From Eledone cirrhosa (Eukaryota): a stretch of 64,000 nt of DNA. Location of the stretch: NCBI GenBank assembly GCA_964016885.1, contig OZ024741.1:293570001-293634000 (forward strand), in the 5' to 3' direction. The notes under the pieces were generated by a model that did not search any database, was not told the origin of the DNA, and saw only the letters and a list, made by a program, of their open reading frames with translations. The position numbers and the translations under genes are program-made. The first letter of the stretch is position 1; the number at the start of each line of letters is the position of its first letter. Positions 1 to 13,798 of the stretch are shown in pieces.

Positions 1-698
1 AATATACGTGAACGGCAAAGCATAAACGAACTAAGGAAAAAATTAGAGATAAGAGGGATCAGATGTTGTTTACTCGAGAAAAGGCTACGTTGGTATGGAG
101 ACGTGATGCGCATGAAAGTCGATAGCTGTATAACAAAGTGCAGGGCAATAAAGATAGACGGTAGTCACGGAATAGGCAGACCTAGAAAAACCTGGGACGA
201 GCTGATAAACTCCGACATCACACACTTACACCTCTCCAAGACAATGTCACTGGACCGAGACCTTTGGCGGTACTCAGTAACAGAGAAGACCCGCCTTACC
301 TAAATATATAGTAAAACCTACTCCAGCCAGTAGGCATCTCTAACAAAATACACCCCGTCCCACCACCACCACCCCCACCCGATCCACACCACCCCGTTCT
401 ATGTAAAGTTATGTTGGTGCCGCGCCATCGAGGCCGAAACAAATGAGATCGTGTAGGTGTCACGACAAAAAAACACACAGTCCACGCTGTAATGTGGCCG
501 TGTAGGCAACACGGTAAAAACCTCCCAGACCCACACTGTAAATGTGGTTGGTGTTAGGAAGGGCATCCAACTGTAGAAAACCTGCCAGACAGTCCTATGC
601 GAGCAAGACAATCACTCTTGCCTCAAGTGGGACTACCCCCGTCCAAACCCATGCAAGCGTGGAACACGGACGTTAAACGTTGATGATGATGATGATGA

Positions 699-700
<2 letters not shown>
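1..700 (+). mobile_element. RTE-clade LINE, 3' end (RT C-terminus, 3' UTR, (GAT)n tail); runs off the window start
   Basis: Frame reads RLRWYGDVMRM...GIGRPRKTWDELI...RDLWRYSV (typical RTE C-terminus); 3' UTR near-identical to the reverse complement of 30695-31030; ends in (GAT)n at ~681-700 next to (TA)n. Confidence 0.93.
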
Positions 701-1083
<383 letters not shown>

Positions 1084-1790
1084 TCATCATCATCATCACC
1101 GTTTTACGTCCGTTCTTCCACGCTAGCATGGGTTAGACGGGTTGTCCTGTTGTGGGCAGTGTCTGGTCGGCTGACCATGCCTTGCTCATACAGGAACTGA
1201 TCTGGCTTGATTTCTACAGCTGGATGCCCTTCCTAACACCAACCTCATTTACAGTGAGTGCTGGGTGCTTTTTCGTGGCGCCTACACGTCCACTTTACAG
1301 TGTGGGCTGGGTGCTTTTTTGCCGTGGCACCTCCACGACCACCTTGCGGTGGGGGGGGGGGGGGGGGCATATTGTTTATATGCTTCAGCATGTACCCATG
1401 GGAGGTCGGGTACCCTGTATTACTGCGTGACGCCAGAAGTCACGGTCGTGTGTCATTGACTTTGAGAGGTGTAGTTGGGTAAGGTCGGCTTTTATCACCT
1501 CATCCCAAGTCATCTTGGGTCTTCCCACTCCGCGGTTTCCATCAACTTCTAGTGCTCTGCACCTTTTTATGCAGCTGTCATCCTTCATACGCATCACATG
1601 TCCATACCAGCGTAACCGCCTCTCCTGCACGCAGCATTTGATTCCTCTTATGCTCAGTCTCTCTCTCAATTCATTTATGCTTTGTCGTTCACGTATATTA
1701 CTGTTACACATCCATCGGAGCATGCAGGCTTCGTTTCTCTTTAATCTACGTAAGTCTTCCACCTTCAGCGCCCAGGTCTCACTACCATGC
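1084..1790 (-). mobile_element. 5'-truncated RTE LINE (related subfamily)
   Basis: ORF 1385..1792 (-): LHGSETWAL...RLRWYGHVMRM...GRPKMTW; (CAT)n at 1084-1098 is the tail on the minus strand; (TA)n on both sides. Confidence 0.92.
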
Positions 1791-1808
1791 AATATATATA
1801 TATTTATT

Positions 1809-1863
<55 letters not shown>

Positions 1864-1880
1864 ATATTTATATATATATT

Positions 1881-1911
<31 letters not shown>

Positions 1912-1912
1912 T

Positions 1913-1945
<33 letters not shown>

Positions 1946-1954
1946 TTATATATA

Positions 1955-2021
<67 letters not shown>

Positions 2022-2027
2022 TATATT

Positions 2028-2116
<89 letters not shown>

Positions 2117-2131
2117 ATTTATATATATATA

Positions 2132-2229
<98 letters not shown>

Positions 2230-2230
2230 A

Positions 2231-2263
<33 letters not shown>

Positions 2264-2264
2264 A

Positions 2265-2361
<97 letters not shown>

Positions 2362-2373
2362 ATATATATATAT
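1791..2373. repeat. (TA)n microsatellite with TTTA/TAAA interruptions
   Basis: Direct inspection. Confidence 0.98.
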
Positions 2374-2541
2374 AGTGCAAGCAGTAACTATTAACACACA
2401 GAAATATAATGATACATGGATACATGTATTATGTATGCACATGTCTATCTCTTTCTCTCGCTCTATATATATATATAGGAAAGCAATAACTATAAACACA
2501 CAAATAATATAGATGTGAAAGCAATAACTATTAATTCAAAC

Positions 2542-2582
<41 letters not shown>

Positions 2583-3132
2583 TGGATGCACACACACTTA
2601 CACCCATGTATATATAGACACATATATAGGCAATATTTACACATATACATACATATACTCCACAGAAAGTCTTTTACTGTCATTGACAGCCAAAGTGAAA
2701 TAACCACAAAGACTATGTGCCATTAATGAAGTAGGTAGTTTTTATAGATCTTTTCCACAGATCTCTCTGTTGTCAGTGAAGAAAGTCATTTATTTCACGT
2801 TGCTGCGATGTCATTCATTGAACTGGCACAAAACTCTACAATACAAACTGAATCACATAATTTGCTACAGCAAGCAAGACAACCCCCCAGTGAGTAGCTG
2901 ACATGCTAGAAATAGTAGATAAACAGCCTTCAAATTATATTCTACTCTCTTAAAAATGAAAAGATACATAGTAGTATATACTTTGTTGCGTACTATTGTT
3001 ACAGTAATACTGCACCACACAGTGTACTAAAAATGCTGTACCACCTTGTACTCTACATTCTTTACCACACTGTACTGCACATGCTATACAAGACTACACT
3101 GCTATATACTACACTGTACCGCTGTGTATAAA

Positions 3133-3500
3133 GATATTGTACAGACCTAGTGCAGATATATTGATAATTGGATGTACACCAAATCTAGACTTAGTCCAGA
3201 TATGTTGATCTTCTGGTGTACCCTAAATCTAGACTTAGTCAAGATATATTGACCATCTGGTGTGCATTAGATCTCGACTTGTTTGAGACCTATTGATCAT
3301 CTAATGTACAATGGATCTAGACATAGTGCAGATATATTGATCATCTGGTGTATATCAGATCCAGAGTTAGTCTAGATGTATTGATCATCTGCTGTACAAC
3401 AGATCTAGACATACTCTAGACCTATTGATAATCTCTTGTATAGCAGATCTAAGTCATGTCAAGACCTATTGATGGTCTGGTGTGCAACAGATCTATTTAA
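3133..3500. repeat. 44-bp minisatellite, ~8 diverged copies
   Basis: Units start at 3155, 3199, 3243, 3287, 3331, 3375, 3419, 3463; approximate consensus GATATATTGATCATCTGGTGTACACCAGATCTAGACTTAGTCCA. Confidence 0.9.
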
Positions 3501-4300
3501 ACAGAGACTTCAAAGTGAAACAGGAACTGGGCATAATTAGTATTAATGCTATCTCATTACAGCTGTTTTGTCTCATCACTCTTATCATCCCCTTCCTCCT
3601 CCATCTCCTTCGTCTTCTTCTTCTTTGCCATCGACTTCTTTTTCTTCTTTGTATTCTTCTTTGTCCTTATCTTCTTCCTCCTCTACTTCGTTATTGACTT
3701 CTTTGTCCTCTTCTTCATCGCCATCCTCTTCTTCTTCATCGTTTCCTTCTTCATCATCGTTTTCTTCTCCTCTTCCTTCTTCTCCTCCTATTATCTCACC
3801 CCGAGACGCTGGTGATAATTACCTAATTAACTATATTTCTCATTGCTAGCAGGAGGCCATATCTGAACATCATGATTTACAAATATGTTGTCATCTCTCT
3901 TCGATTGGATTCTCTCTTACTGTAATAATCTTTTACATTTGATAGTCAGGGGATTCAACAATAAATGGCTAAATGGATAACATCAGTAAGGAGAATCAAC
4001 AGCTAGTTTATGAGGGGTCACAAGTTCAAATGGGAAGGAACCTAACTTAGTTGTTAGGGTTTTGGGTTCATGATCACAAGGTTGTTTAAGAGCAAGACAA
4101 CTTATTTCACATTACTCCAGTCAACTGTGTCCTTGAACAAGACATCTTATTTCACATTGCTCCTCTCTATTCAGCTGGCAAACATGAGTTGTAACTTCAA
4201 TGAGCTAGCCTTATCTGTGACTGTGTCACACTGAATTTTCCTGATGACTTTAAAGGTACAATTGTTTGTGGAATGCTCAGCCATTACTCTCACTTTATAT

Positions 4301-4784
4301 CAGGAGTTCCCAAACTGGGGTCTGCAGTCACCTGGGGGACCACAAAGCGATTTTGGAGGGACCGTGAAGGCTTAGCCAAATTTTTGTGGTATACTGGGAT
4401 CGAAGTTTTAAATCTAGGAAGCAATTTTTCTTGAATAAACATTTGATGCTAACATGCAAACCATAGGAGGTTCATTCCCACATTATATGCAGATAGCATG
4501 TTACTGATGAGGAATCTATTTGAATCAGTACATATTCAACAGTTGTTTCTATAAAAATGGATATCCAATTAACAACACCTCTTTAGAAAGCATTGAATAT
4601 GATAACTGTTTTGGGCATTTTGATACTACTTCAATTAAATCCTAGAATTTTCATGCCTTACATAAAAGTTTGTTTTTGAAAATCTTTTGAAATGCTGCCA
4701 TAATATGATAGGGGGCCGCGAGGCATCCAGAAAATGGTAAGGGGACCGCCAAGAAAAAAATTTGGAAAAGTTTGGGAACCACTG
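4301..4784. mobile_element. Non-autonomous hAT (Charlie-like) element
   Basis: TIRs CAGGAGTTCCCAAACT / AGTTTGGGAACCACTG; 8-bp TSD CTTTATAT (4293-4300) vs CCTTATAT (4785-4792). Confidence 0.85.
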
Positions 4785-5619
4785 CCTTATATAGAGAGGG
4801 GAAGATAGGCACTAGGCATATAGATAGAGAAAAGGGAATGCTGTGTGTTTTCGACATGACAAAGGAGGTAGATAGACAGAAAGTTCACTCTCATCTATAT
4901 ATATAGAGAGGGGCAGCGCCAGTGAAGGAAATGTATGTAGAGAGAGAGAGAGAAAAGGCAACACTGTGTGTTTTCAAGGCGACAGAAAGTTACAATGTCT
5001 CCCTCATCTGTATAGAGGGAGGAGGAGTTCCACGTGAAAGAGATGTACATAGAGAGAGAAAAGAAATGCCATTTGTTTAGAGAGAGAGAGTGTTTGTGTG
5101 TAACAGAAAGAGGAAGAAGATGACATCACCCTTAACTATATAGAGAGAGGAGGACCAGCAAGGATCCATAGACAGACTCTCATGAAAATTGTTCAGCGAA
5201 GGAGACAAATGCTGAATTACATTCATGTTTAATTTAGTTCACTTTATTAAATTTGAAATTTGTATAACTCATTGAACAATAATGATAAATAACAGAATAC
5301 ATGTTTACATAAACTTACATGTAACTCATTAAGAGCACTGTAGCATTTCACATGTTCAGCTTTTTTATAAAATAAAATTGCCTTTTTGCCACTTGCTCAT
5401 ATCTGTATGCTTTGGAAAAGATGGGTTTACACCGATTCTTTGAGCATGAAAATCATTGAGAACTTATTTATGGGCCAACTAGTCATAATAATAATAAGAA
5501 GAATATAAGAGCCACTATGGTAAAGTCTGTTTATACCTTCATTGGCTGTTATGTCATAAATGTCAATAGGAAGTAATAGAGAATTAGTATGAGGATAAAG
5601 TAAAGAAGGAGAATCAGAA

Positions 5620-6030
5620 AGCAAGGATATTCTGGGATTAGGATTTTCAGACTGATAGAGTAATCATCAACTGGGCATTGTCATATTGAACAAGAAAGTC
5701 AAATCCAGTCAAATGATAGATGTAGCCATACCAAATGACATGAATATTGCGAGTAAAGATAAAAGCATTACCAAGTACTCCAAATTAAAAGTGGAGATAG
5801 CATGACTGTTTGGAATGTAAGAGGGTACTGTGAACGTAATGCCAGTTGTGATAGGGGCATTAGAGTCAATCCCATTGAAACTCCAAGACTTTTTGACACT
5901 GTGCACATTTTAAGGAAAGTATTATGTGTCTGAGGACCTTGTTGTGACTTGATTAAATATTCCAGTGCATTTTCCATCTACACTGCGTGACAAAAGGAAT
6001 AATAATAATAATAATAATATTATAATAATT
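5620..6030 (+). mobile_element. Dong/R4-type non-LTR retrotransposon 3' fragment (restriction-like endonuclease), decayed
   Basis: Manual translation gives ILWD..FQTDRVI...IVILNKK...MIDVAIPNDMNI...KY..LKVEI...VMPVVIGAL with stops and frameshifts; ends in (TAA)n at ~5998-6030. Confidence 0.75.
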
Positions 6031-6528
6031 CTTTTATTGAAAAAAATAATAGAAAAGATACTTGAGTCTTGAACATCTTGTAATTTCTCTCTACTCATCT
6101 GTGTAATTCCACAAGAATAATAAAAGAAATATTTCTTCTTTCTCAATGGTGGATAAACTCTGTTGACAAGAAGAATCAAAGCCACATTTCATTGTCGAAA
6201 ACAGCAAAGTGAACCAGTCTTGGAGATTTTTATATTGAGATTGTTTATACCTTCATTAGAACCATTTATACTTTATTAATTGATATGTTTACCATCGTAA
6301 TAGCAATAACATAATATAGGATATTATTGGTACAATGCAATTTGGTGGTGAGTTCAATAAGTAGCTATTTCTGTTCTGTAATTTGGTACAAAATAACCTA
6401 CTTCATGACACAGATCATGCTAAATAATACTTTGCTGCTGTACAATTTACCAGTTCTTTTGGTTTGTTTATTCAGCTATCTCTTGTATTGCAGCATTTGC
6501 TATCATCTCTACAGGCAATTATATATAT

Positions 6529-7855
6529 ATATATTGGTAAACGGAAAAGAAAATGCTGACAAATTGTTCCCAGTGAAAAATAGTTTAATTAGGAATAAGT
6601 AAAAATTAGTAATGGTATTGGTTAGTATTCAGTTTTGGTTTTAAGTTTTACCGGTTGCGCATTTCTAATGCTTTTCAAAAATAATTTTGAGATAGAGCGC
6701 CCGTGATGTTTGCTCTAATCTGATTAGTTTTGGAAATTCTACCTGTTTTATGTGAAAAAAGTGGCTCCAGATGTATTAAAATAAGTTTCGCGCCAATTCG
6801 TGTTTCAAAAATTCTTGTGGTCAAAACAATTTTGATTGGTCGGTAGAGGTCATGTGAATGTTAAAAATTGATTTTGCGCCAAATGTAGGTTTGTCTCGGC
6901 TGATTGAGAAGTCACTGAAAAATAAGTCTTTTAAAACAAATATGTGCGTGTGTGAGTGTAGTAGTAGTAAAGAGGTTCGTTGTTGTGATAATGGTCAGCA
7001 GGGATGCGTGTGCGAACCGCAGCCTGTTGACAGTTCAAATGCCTATTAAGACAAGTGTGTGTGTGTGTGTGTGTGTGTGTAGCAGAGTAATTCGTGGTAG
7101 AGGGATGGTCAGTAGGAATGTGTCTGTACGTGTGTGGGGGATATTTTAACATGTTAAAGCTGAAAAATATTTTAACATGTTAGAGCTGAAAAATATCTTT
7201 TAACATGTTAAAATATCCCCCACACACGTACAGACACATTCCTACTGACCATCCATCTACCACGAATTACTCTGCTACACACACACACACACTTGTCTTA
7301 ATAGGCATTTGAACTGTCAACAGGCTGCGGTTCGCACACACATCCCTGCTGACCATTATCACAACAATGAACCTCTTTACTACTACTACACTCACACACA
7401 CACACATATTTGTTTTGAAAGACTTATTTTTCAGTGACTTCTCAATCAGCCGACACAAACCTACATTTGGCGCAAAATCAATTTTTAACATTCACATGAC
7501 CTCTACCGACCAATCAAAATTGTTTTGACCACAAGAATTTTTGCAATACGGATTGGCGCGAAACTTATTTTAATACATCTGGAGCCACTTTTTTCACATA
7601 AAACAGGTAGCATTTCAAAAACTAATCAGATTAGAGCAAACATCATGGGCGCTCTATCTCAAAAATATTTTTGAAAAGCATTAGAAATGCGCAACCGGTA
7701 AAACTTAAAACCAAAACTGAATACTAACCAATACTATTACTAATTTTTACTTATTCCTAATTAAACTATTTTTCACTGGGAACAATTTGTCAGCATTTTC
7801 TTTTCCGTTTACCAATATATCATAACTCGTGTGTTACACCTCTATTCTTTTAAAT
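6529..7855. repeat. ~1.3 kb fold-back palindrome (arms ~6529-7158 and ~7199-7820) with a short right-hand tail; probable inverted Penelope pseudo-LTR
   Basis: Arms are reverse complements (mirror ORFs 6858..7049+ and 7267..7491- give nearly the same peptide); begins in (TA)n. Confidence 0.9.
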
Positions 7856-7857
7856 AT

Positions 7858-8192
7858 ATCATCATCATCATTTTACGTCCACTTTTCCCTGCTTGCAAGG
7901 GTGAGACGGGAACTGATTCTGGCTTGATTTCTACAGCTGGATGCCCTTCCTAACACCAACCTCATTTACAGTGAGTGCTGGGTGCTTTTTTGCCGTGGCA
8001 CCTCCACGACCACTTTGCAGTGGAATAATAGGGACTCCAGCCCCTATCATCTCATTTCTACAGCTGAGTAAACTGGAGCAATGTGAAATAAAGTCTCTTG
8101 CTCAAGGAAACAACACATCACCCAGTCTGAGAATTGAACTCACAACCTTTCGATTGCAAGGCCAATGCTCTAACCACTAAGCCATGTGCCTT
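7858..8192 (-). mobile_element. tRNA-headed SINE with RTE-related tail (family A)
   Basis: Minus strand has an A box (TGGCTTAGTGG) and B box (GTTCAATTC), a central CCTTGAGCAAGA.ACTTTATTTCACATTGCTCCAG block, a tail shared with the RTE 3' UTR, and a (GAT)n end. Confidence 0.88.
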
Positions 8193-8194
8193 CA

Positions 8195-8225
<31 letters not shown>

Positions 8226-8342
8226 TATTTATATATATATATACATACACACACACACATATATATATATACACATATATATTTATATATATATATACAT
8301 ACACACACACATATATATACACATATATATTTATATATACAT

Positions 8343-8376
<34 letters not shown>

Positions 8377-8382
8377 GTACAC

Positions 8383-8419
<37 letters not shown>

Positions 8420-8541
8420 TATAGCAATGATGCACATGGAAAAAGAAATGCATGATGGGATGAGTGAAGAAAAGCATCAATCATCCTCATCAGCCACCTT
8501 TGGGCAAGCTGCAATTTTATGCATAACTGTGTGTAGGTGTA

Positions 8542-8585
<44 letters not shown>

Positions 8586-8594
<9 letters not shown>

Positions 8595-8810
8595 TTACAA
8601 GAGTGACATAAACAGGTACTCAAGTTTCATTGGGTTCTGGGCCCCAATTCCTTTCAACCTGTCATGAGAAAAATAAAAAATTATTGGGGCTCAGAACCCA
8701 ACAAAACTTGAGTACCTGTTTATGTCACTGTTGTAATTATTTATACTAAACTTGTCCTATGGACTGAGTGCTCTTACTCTTGGATATTTCCACTTAACCT
8801 TTACTTCAGT
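8586..8810. mobile_element. Short fold-back element (arms ~8586-8647 / 8683-8745) with a degenerate hammerhead fold and tail
   Basis: Arms are reverse complements; minus strand 8662->8612 reads ACAGG-TTGAAAGGA-ATTGGG..CCCAAT-GAAA-CTTGAG-TA-CCTGT. Confidence 0.7.
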
Positions 8811-10559
8811 ATATATATGTATATGTATGCATGGGTGTATGGATAATTAAGCAATTATGCATATGTAAACCAAATTATTTCCTCATACCTTAGAGATTAG
8901 ATGCAGTTGATGTTAATCAATTGTTCTCCTGCACATATCTCGATATGCATCCAGTACACCTTGCAAGGTGTTTGTCTATAGAAAGAACATCTGCTAAAAA
9001 GCATTTAGACAACTTCTTTAGTGTTGGTCATCTACATGATAAATGCAGCCAGTACACACTGTAAAGTAATTGTTATAGGAAGGGTATCAAGTCATAGAAA
9101 GCTTGCCAAAGTGTCAGGACTTTTCAGTTGTGTCAAGGACACAGTAACATCCCTAGTGTTGGTAATTAACATGATAAAAACACCCTGTACTCTTTGTAAA
9201 TTGGTTCAAGATAAGAAGGGCATCCAACCATATAAAACTTGACAGACAAAGGGTTGTGTGAACTCTTCAGCTGTGTCAAATACATGATACCCTCTCTTGT
9301 GCTAATGCCACAAAAAATGTACTTGTTAGCGCATGGGATTGTATTATGGGAGATGCAATCCCCTGGCCCTTCTTAGAAATCATTAGCTCTGGTCTGTAAA
9401 AGCCTACCCAATTTTTGCTAGCAGGGAAAGCGAATTTTAAATGATGATTGATGATTATATATATATATGTTATCATCAATCACACACACACATATATAGT
9501 TAGCAGTTTACAACCATTTCACTCTCTCTCTCTCTATATATATATATATATGTGTGTGTGTGTTTGTGTGTTAGTATACACACACATGTAGTTTCCATGC
9601 ATGTGAATCAGCTGTTTGCCCACAAAGCTGTAATAAACTCCAGAACAGAAGATATTTTAAAGATAGCAGCTTAAGTGTTGTTGAGAATCTCATATTGTCA
9701 CAGGTATTAAAGTGAGAGCTTTCTATTAGATAAAAAAGAAATCTAATAATAAAGTTTAAAGGGAAGGTTTCCTCCATCTTCGATATGGGAATATGAATTT
9801 TCCACAGAAGTTTTAGAAAAATATTAATGAGATTCTTTACAGATTAAGTTAGAAAAAGTGAAATTTACAGTTCACACCTATTGAGCTGCAGACGGTTTCC
9901 TGTGAGATTATATCCCTATGAGTTTTGTTGAGTGTTTTAATGATAGTAGCCCCAGATGTCTCATGAAAAACAATACAACATGCAGTGTCTTGTTCGAAAA
10001 GTTATGCCCCTTTGTCCAGCATTTAAACCCACAACCTCATGACTGTGAGTCCAACACCCTAACCCCTAGGTCACTGAATCAACGCTATAAGGAATGTAGT
10101 TGTAAAGAGTGTAAGGTTATTGCACTGAAGTTGCTGTGAGTTCATTTAAAGTCATAGTTCATAGATTTACTCATTTTTATTCCAGCTATTATCCTCTCGA
10201 TTATATTTCCCTTAAAATATCAATTATCAATTATGCTCTCGATTATATTTCCCTTAAAAAAAGAGCTGTGCAAGGCCATATTTTTCATTAGTCAGATAAA
10301 GCTAAAAAAGCCTGATGGATCGACATCGTTTTTTTGTTTTTTGCTATAGTGGGATGAAAAACTGAAGTGTCAAGGGAGTCCTAAAATAGCTGAAAGCCTT
10401 CAGGCCTGTCCATGGATTAACAGAGCCTCAAACTAGTGTGTAGAACATGTTTCAGGTGGAACAGATTTATAATTCCTCTAAGAGGTAATTCATTCAAGAG
10501 CCAAATCAGACAATATATGTAGTAATTTGAATATATTTGGCATGCGACTTCTACTGTCT

Positions 10560-13100
10560 AATTTCCCTGTACATCTACTGCAACGTATTTCTCCCTACCT
10601 GTTAGTTTGCCTGCTATCCCACTACATCTCTTGTGTACCCAGGATCTGCATTGTGTGCATTTTATAGAATTTATGCCAGTTCCTTTTCTGCATATCGAAC
10701 ATGGCCATTTCCCTGATGGAATCAGAGTTTTGTCCTCTTTTCTACTCATCAACACTTTTGTCTTAGCTAGGTTCACTCTCAGTCCTCTTTCTTCCAACTG
10801 CTGTTTCCAGAATTTATTCTCTAGCTCCTCTACTGATTCTGCTATAAGGACCAGATCGTCAGCATAGAGAAGTTCCCATGGACAGCCAGACTTAAACTCC
10901 TCTGTTATGGCTTGGAGGACTATAATGAACAAGAGCGGGCTGAGGACCGAACCTTGATGAACTCCTACTTATATCTGGAATTCCTCACTTTACTCCATTC
11001 CTACTCTCACTTTACTGACAGCACCTCTGTACAAAGTTTGCACTGTCCTCACAAGCCATTCCTCAAAACCTAGTTACCTTAGGGACCACCAGATGAGAGA
11101 TTGGGGAACCCTATCAAAGCCTTCTCTAGGTCAACAAAGGCTAAGTATAGTGGCTTATTGTTATTTAAGAACCTCTCTTGTAATTTGTCTCACAAAGAAG
11201 AGGGCATCTGTTATACTTTTCCCAGGCACAAAACCAAACTGCATCTCATCTAGTTTGACCCTTTCTCTAATTAGTTGTGTTAATATCCTTTCTGCCACTT
11301 TCATAACCTGATCCATCAGTTTTATACCCCTATAATTGCTCCTCTTCAGAGCATCGCCTTTACCTTTGTAGAAATTTATGAGAATACTGCTGCACCATAT
11401 ATAGCTTGATTGATGATGCGTGCAACCAGTTTAGTGCCTACGTCCCCTGATGCCTTCAGCATCTCAGCAACTATCCCTGATGGTCCAGCAGCCTAACCAT
11501 TTTTCATTTCCTTAATCGCCTCTTGGACCCTATATTCGTCAATCTCAATAGCTGGTCCCTCTGTCTGATCTACTGAAGGTAATTTCTCTCTCTCCCATTC
11601 GTTCTCCACATTCATCAGTGTCTCATAATGACATTTCCAGGCCTCCTTTTTTTGATCATTCGTGACACTAAGTACACCGGCATCATTCCGGACACATTTA
11701 TCTCCAACAACATTCTCATTTTCATTGACACACTGCCTTGCAATGTGGAACACCGCACACCTCTGATCTTCCCGTTGCATAACATTGGCAAACCTCCTAC
11801 TCTCAGCCTCCCTGAGTGCTAAGTACACCTGATGTCTAGCTTCTCTCTTAGCGGCTGTATATTCTTCTTTACTGCCACCATTTTTCCAAGTCTTCCATGC
11901 TAGTCTTTTGTCTCTAATGGCCCTATCTACTGTGCTCTTCCACCACCAGGTGTCAGGTTGGAGCTCTGCTCCAGCCACAAGTTTCATCAGTAGTCTGCAG
12001 TAAGTTGTCACGTAAGAAATTCCAGTTATTATCTATGTCATACGACTCTAAATCATCTTCTTTTTCGTCATATACATCTTGAAGGGCTTTCCTAAATTTG
12101 TATTTCAGTGAAAGGTCTTTTAGCTTCCAGACCTTTCTTCTCCACACCTTGTATGTCTCATTCCATCTCTTGCTTACTGAGATATCACTAACGACTAACC
12201 TATGCTGTGGGGTACATTCTTCCACAGGGTATGCCTTGGTATTTGACACCATCTGCCTGTCCCGTGCCTAACTAGTAAGAAGTCAATCTGGATTATGTGC
12301 TCGCCTGATATGTAGGTTATTAGGTGGTTGGCAGGTTTCTGGAAGTTAGTGTTGCAAATAGTCAGTGTACTTGCATCACAAAATTCAAGAAGTCTCACTC
12401 ATTCTTCATTTCTTGAGCCGTAACCATGCCCATCATGTACCCCAGTGTAACCATCCTGGAACTGTCCAACATGACCATTGAAGTCCCCTGCTAGCATAAT
12501 GATGTCTCCGTCCTTTGTCATAGCGGCTGTTTGTAAAAGTTGCTCGTAAAAGCAGTTTTTCTCTTTTTTGCCTAGGCCTGCTTGGGGAGTATAGGCAGAG
12601 ATTATTGTCAGTAGTCTCCTGCCTACAACTAATCTAAGCTTAATTATTCGATTATTAACTCAAACTACCTCTATTGTCTTATTGATCCATCTCTCAGCCA
12701 GGAAAATGCCTACTCCCCCTAACCCATCATCCTTACCTACCCAGAAAATCTTATAGCTAAGATGTTTGCCTGCGACTAGTCTCGCAGAGGCACCTCTCCA
12801 TCTAACCTCTTGCACGCAGCACACATCCACATGCCTTCTCTCCAGCATCTCCGCTATTTCAGCACATCTACCTCTGAGAGTGCCAACATTAACTGTTGCA
12901 ACTCTGAGATGCGACGTCTTCATATTTTTGTTGTTCCTATATATTTGTTGCTGTGCTCATAATTGTTTTGGCATTGATACACTGGTTGGATGCCCTTCTT
13001 AACACCAGTGCCACTTTACAGCATGGACTGGGTGCTTTTATTTGTGCCACCAGCACTAGAGAGGATGTCTTACTGGACTCATGGGCCCTCTCTACCCCTC
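10560..13100 (-). mobile_element. RTE LINE 5' two-thirds (APE + most of RT), frameshifted, second family
   Basis: ORF pieces: LRVATVNVGTL...CCVQEVRW (APE), RLLEFCD...IDFLL, WWW..V, ELLYADDLVL, WPCSICRKG. Confidence 0.92.
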
Positions 13101-13218
13101 CATTTTACATATATATATATATATATATACGTGTGTATGTGTTTATATATATATATGTATGTGTGTGTGTATATATGTATGCATGTGTATATACATATAT
13201 GTATGTGGGTGTGTGTGA

Positions 13219-13257
<39 letters not shown>

Positions 13258-13798
13258 TAGATAGATAGGAGTATATAAATGTGTGTGTGTGTTTGTATAT
13301 TTTCTTTATATTCCGGTCATTCTTCTGTTTTCTGCTATTTCTGTATTTATTTGTTTTATTGTAATTATTAATATATATTTTATATTCACTATTGAAATTT
13401 ACCCAAGTCTAATTTCCAGTGTTTTAATGAACTGTGGCAAAATAGCAGCTGAGATTTAATTATTGAATCAACTTTGGCTTGTCTGCTCTTATTATTATTA
13501 TTATTATTATTTTCTATTTCAATGTACATTTCTTAACAGAATTGTTGTCTGTATTTATATAGGGATATATATGTCTGTGTCTGTGTGTGTATATGTGTAT
13601 TTATGTATGTATGAATGTGTGTGTGTTTCTATCATTTTGTCTTTATATAATCTTTTTATTTTGATTTAGAAATTTCTTAATATTTTCTGTTCTGCAACTG
13701 AGTCCAGTCACTGAAGCAATAGTCATTACTTACTAGTAGGCTAAAGTATTATATGACAAAGCTCAAAACATTTGATCTGTTCATATAGCACCATATAG

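Noticed and set aside
3482-3849. Ser-rich, Phe-rich and Leu-rich ORFs
   Set aside because: Degenerate (CTT)n tract.
6858-7491. Duplicated small gene MLKIDFAPNVGL on both strands
   Set aside because: Mirror ORFs arise from the palindrome, and their frames diverge at a (TG)n tract.
7858-8192. tRNA gene
   Set aside because: A/B boxes belong to a SINE head; no complete cloverleaf; multiple diverged copies.
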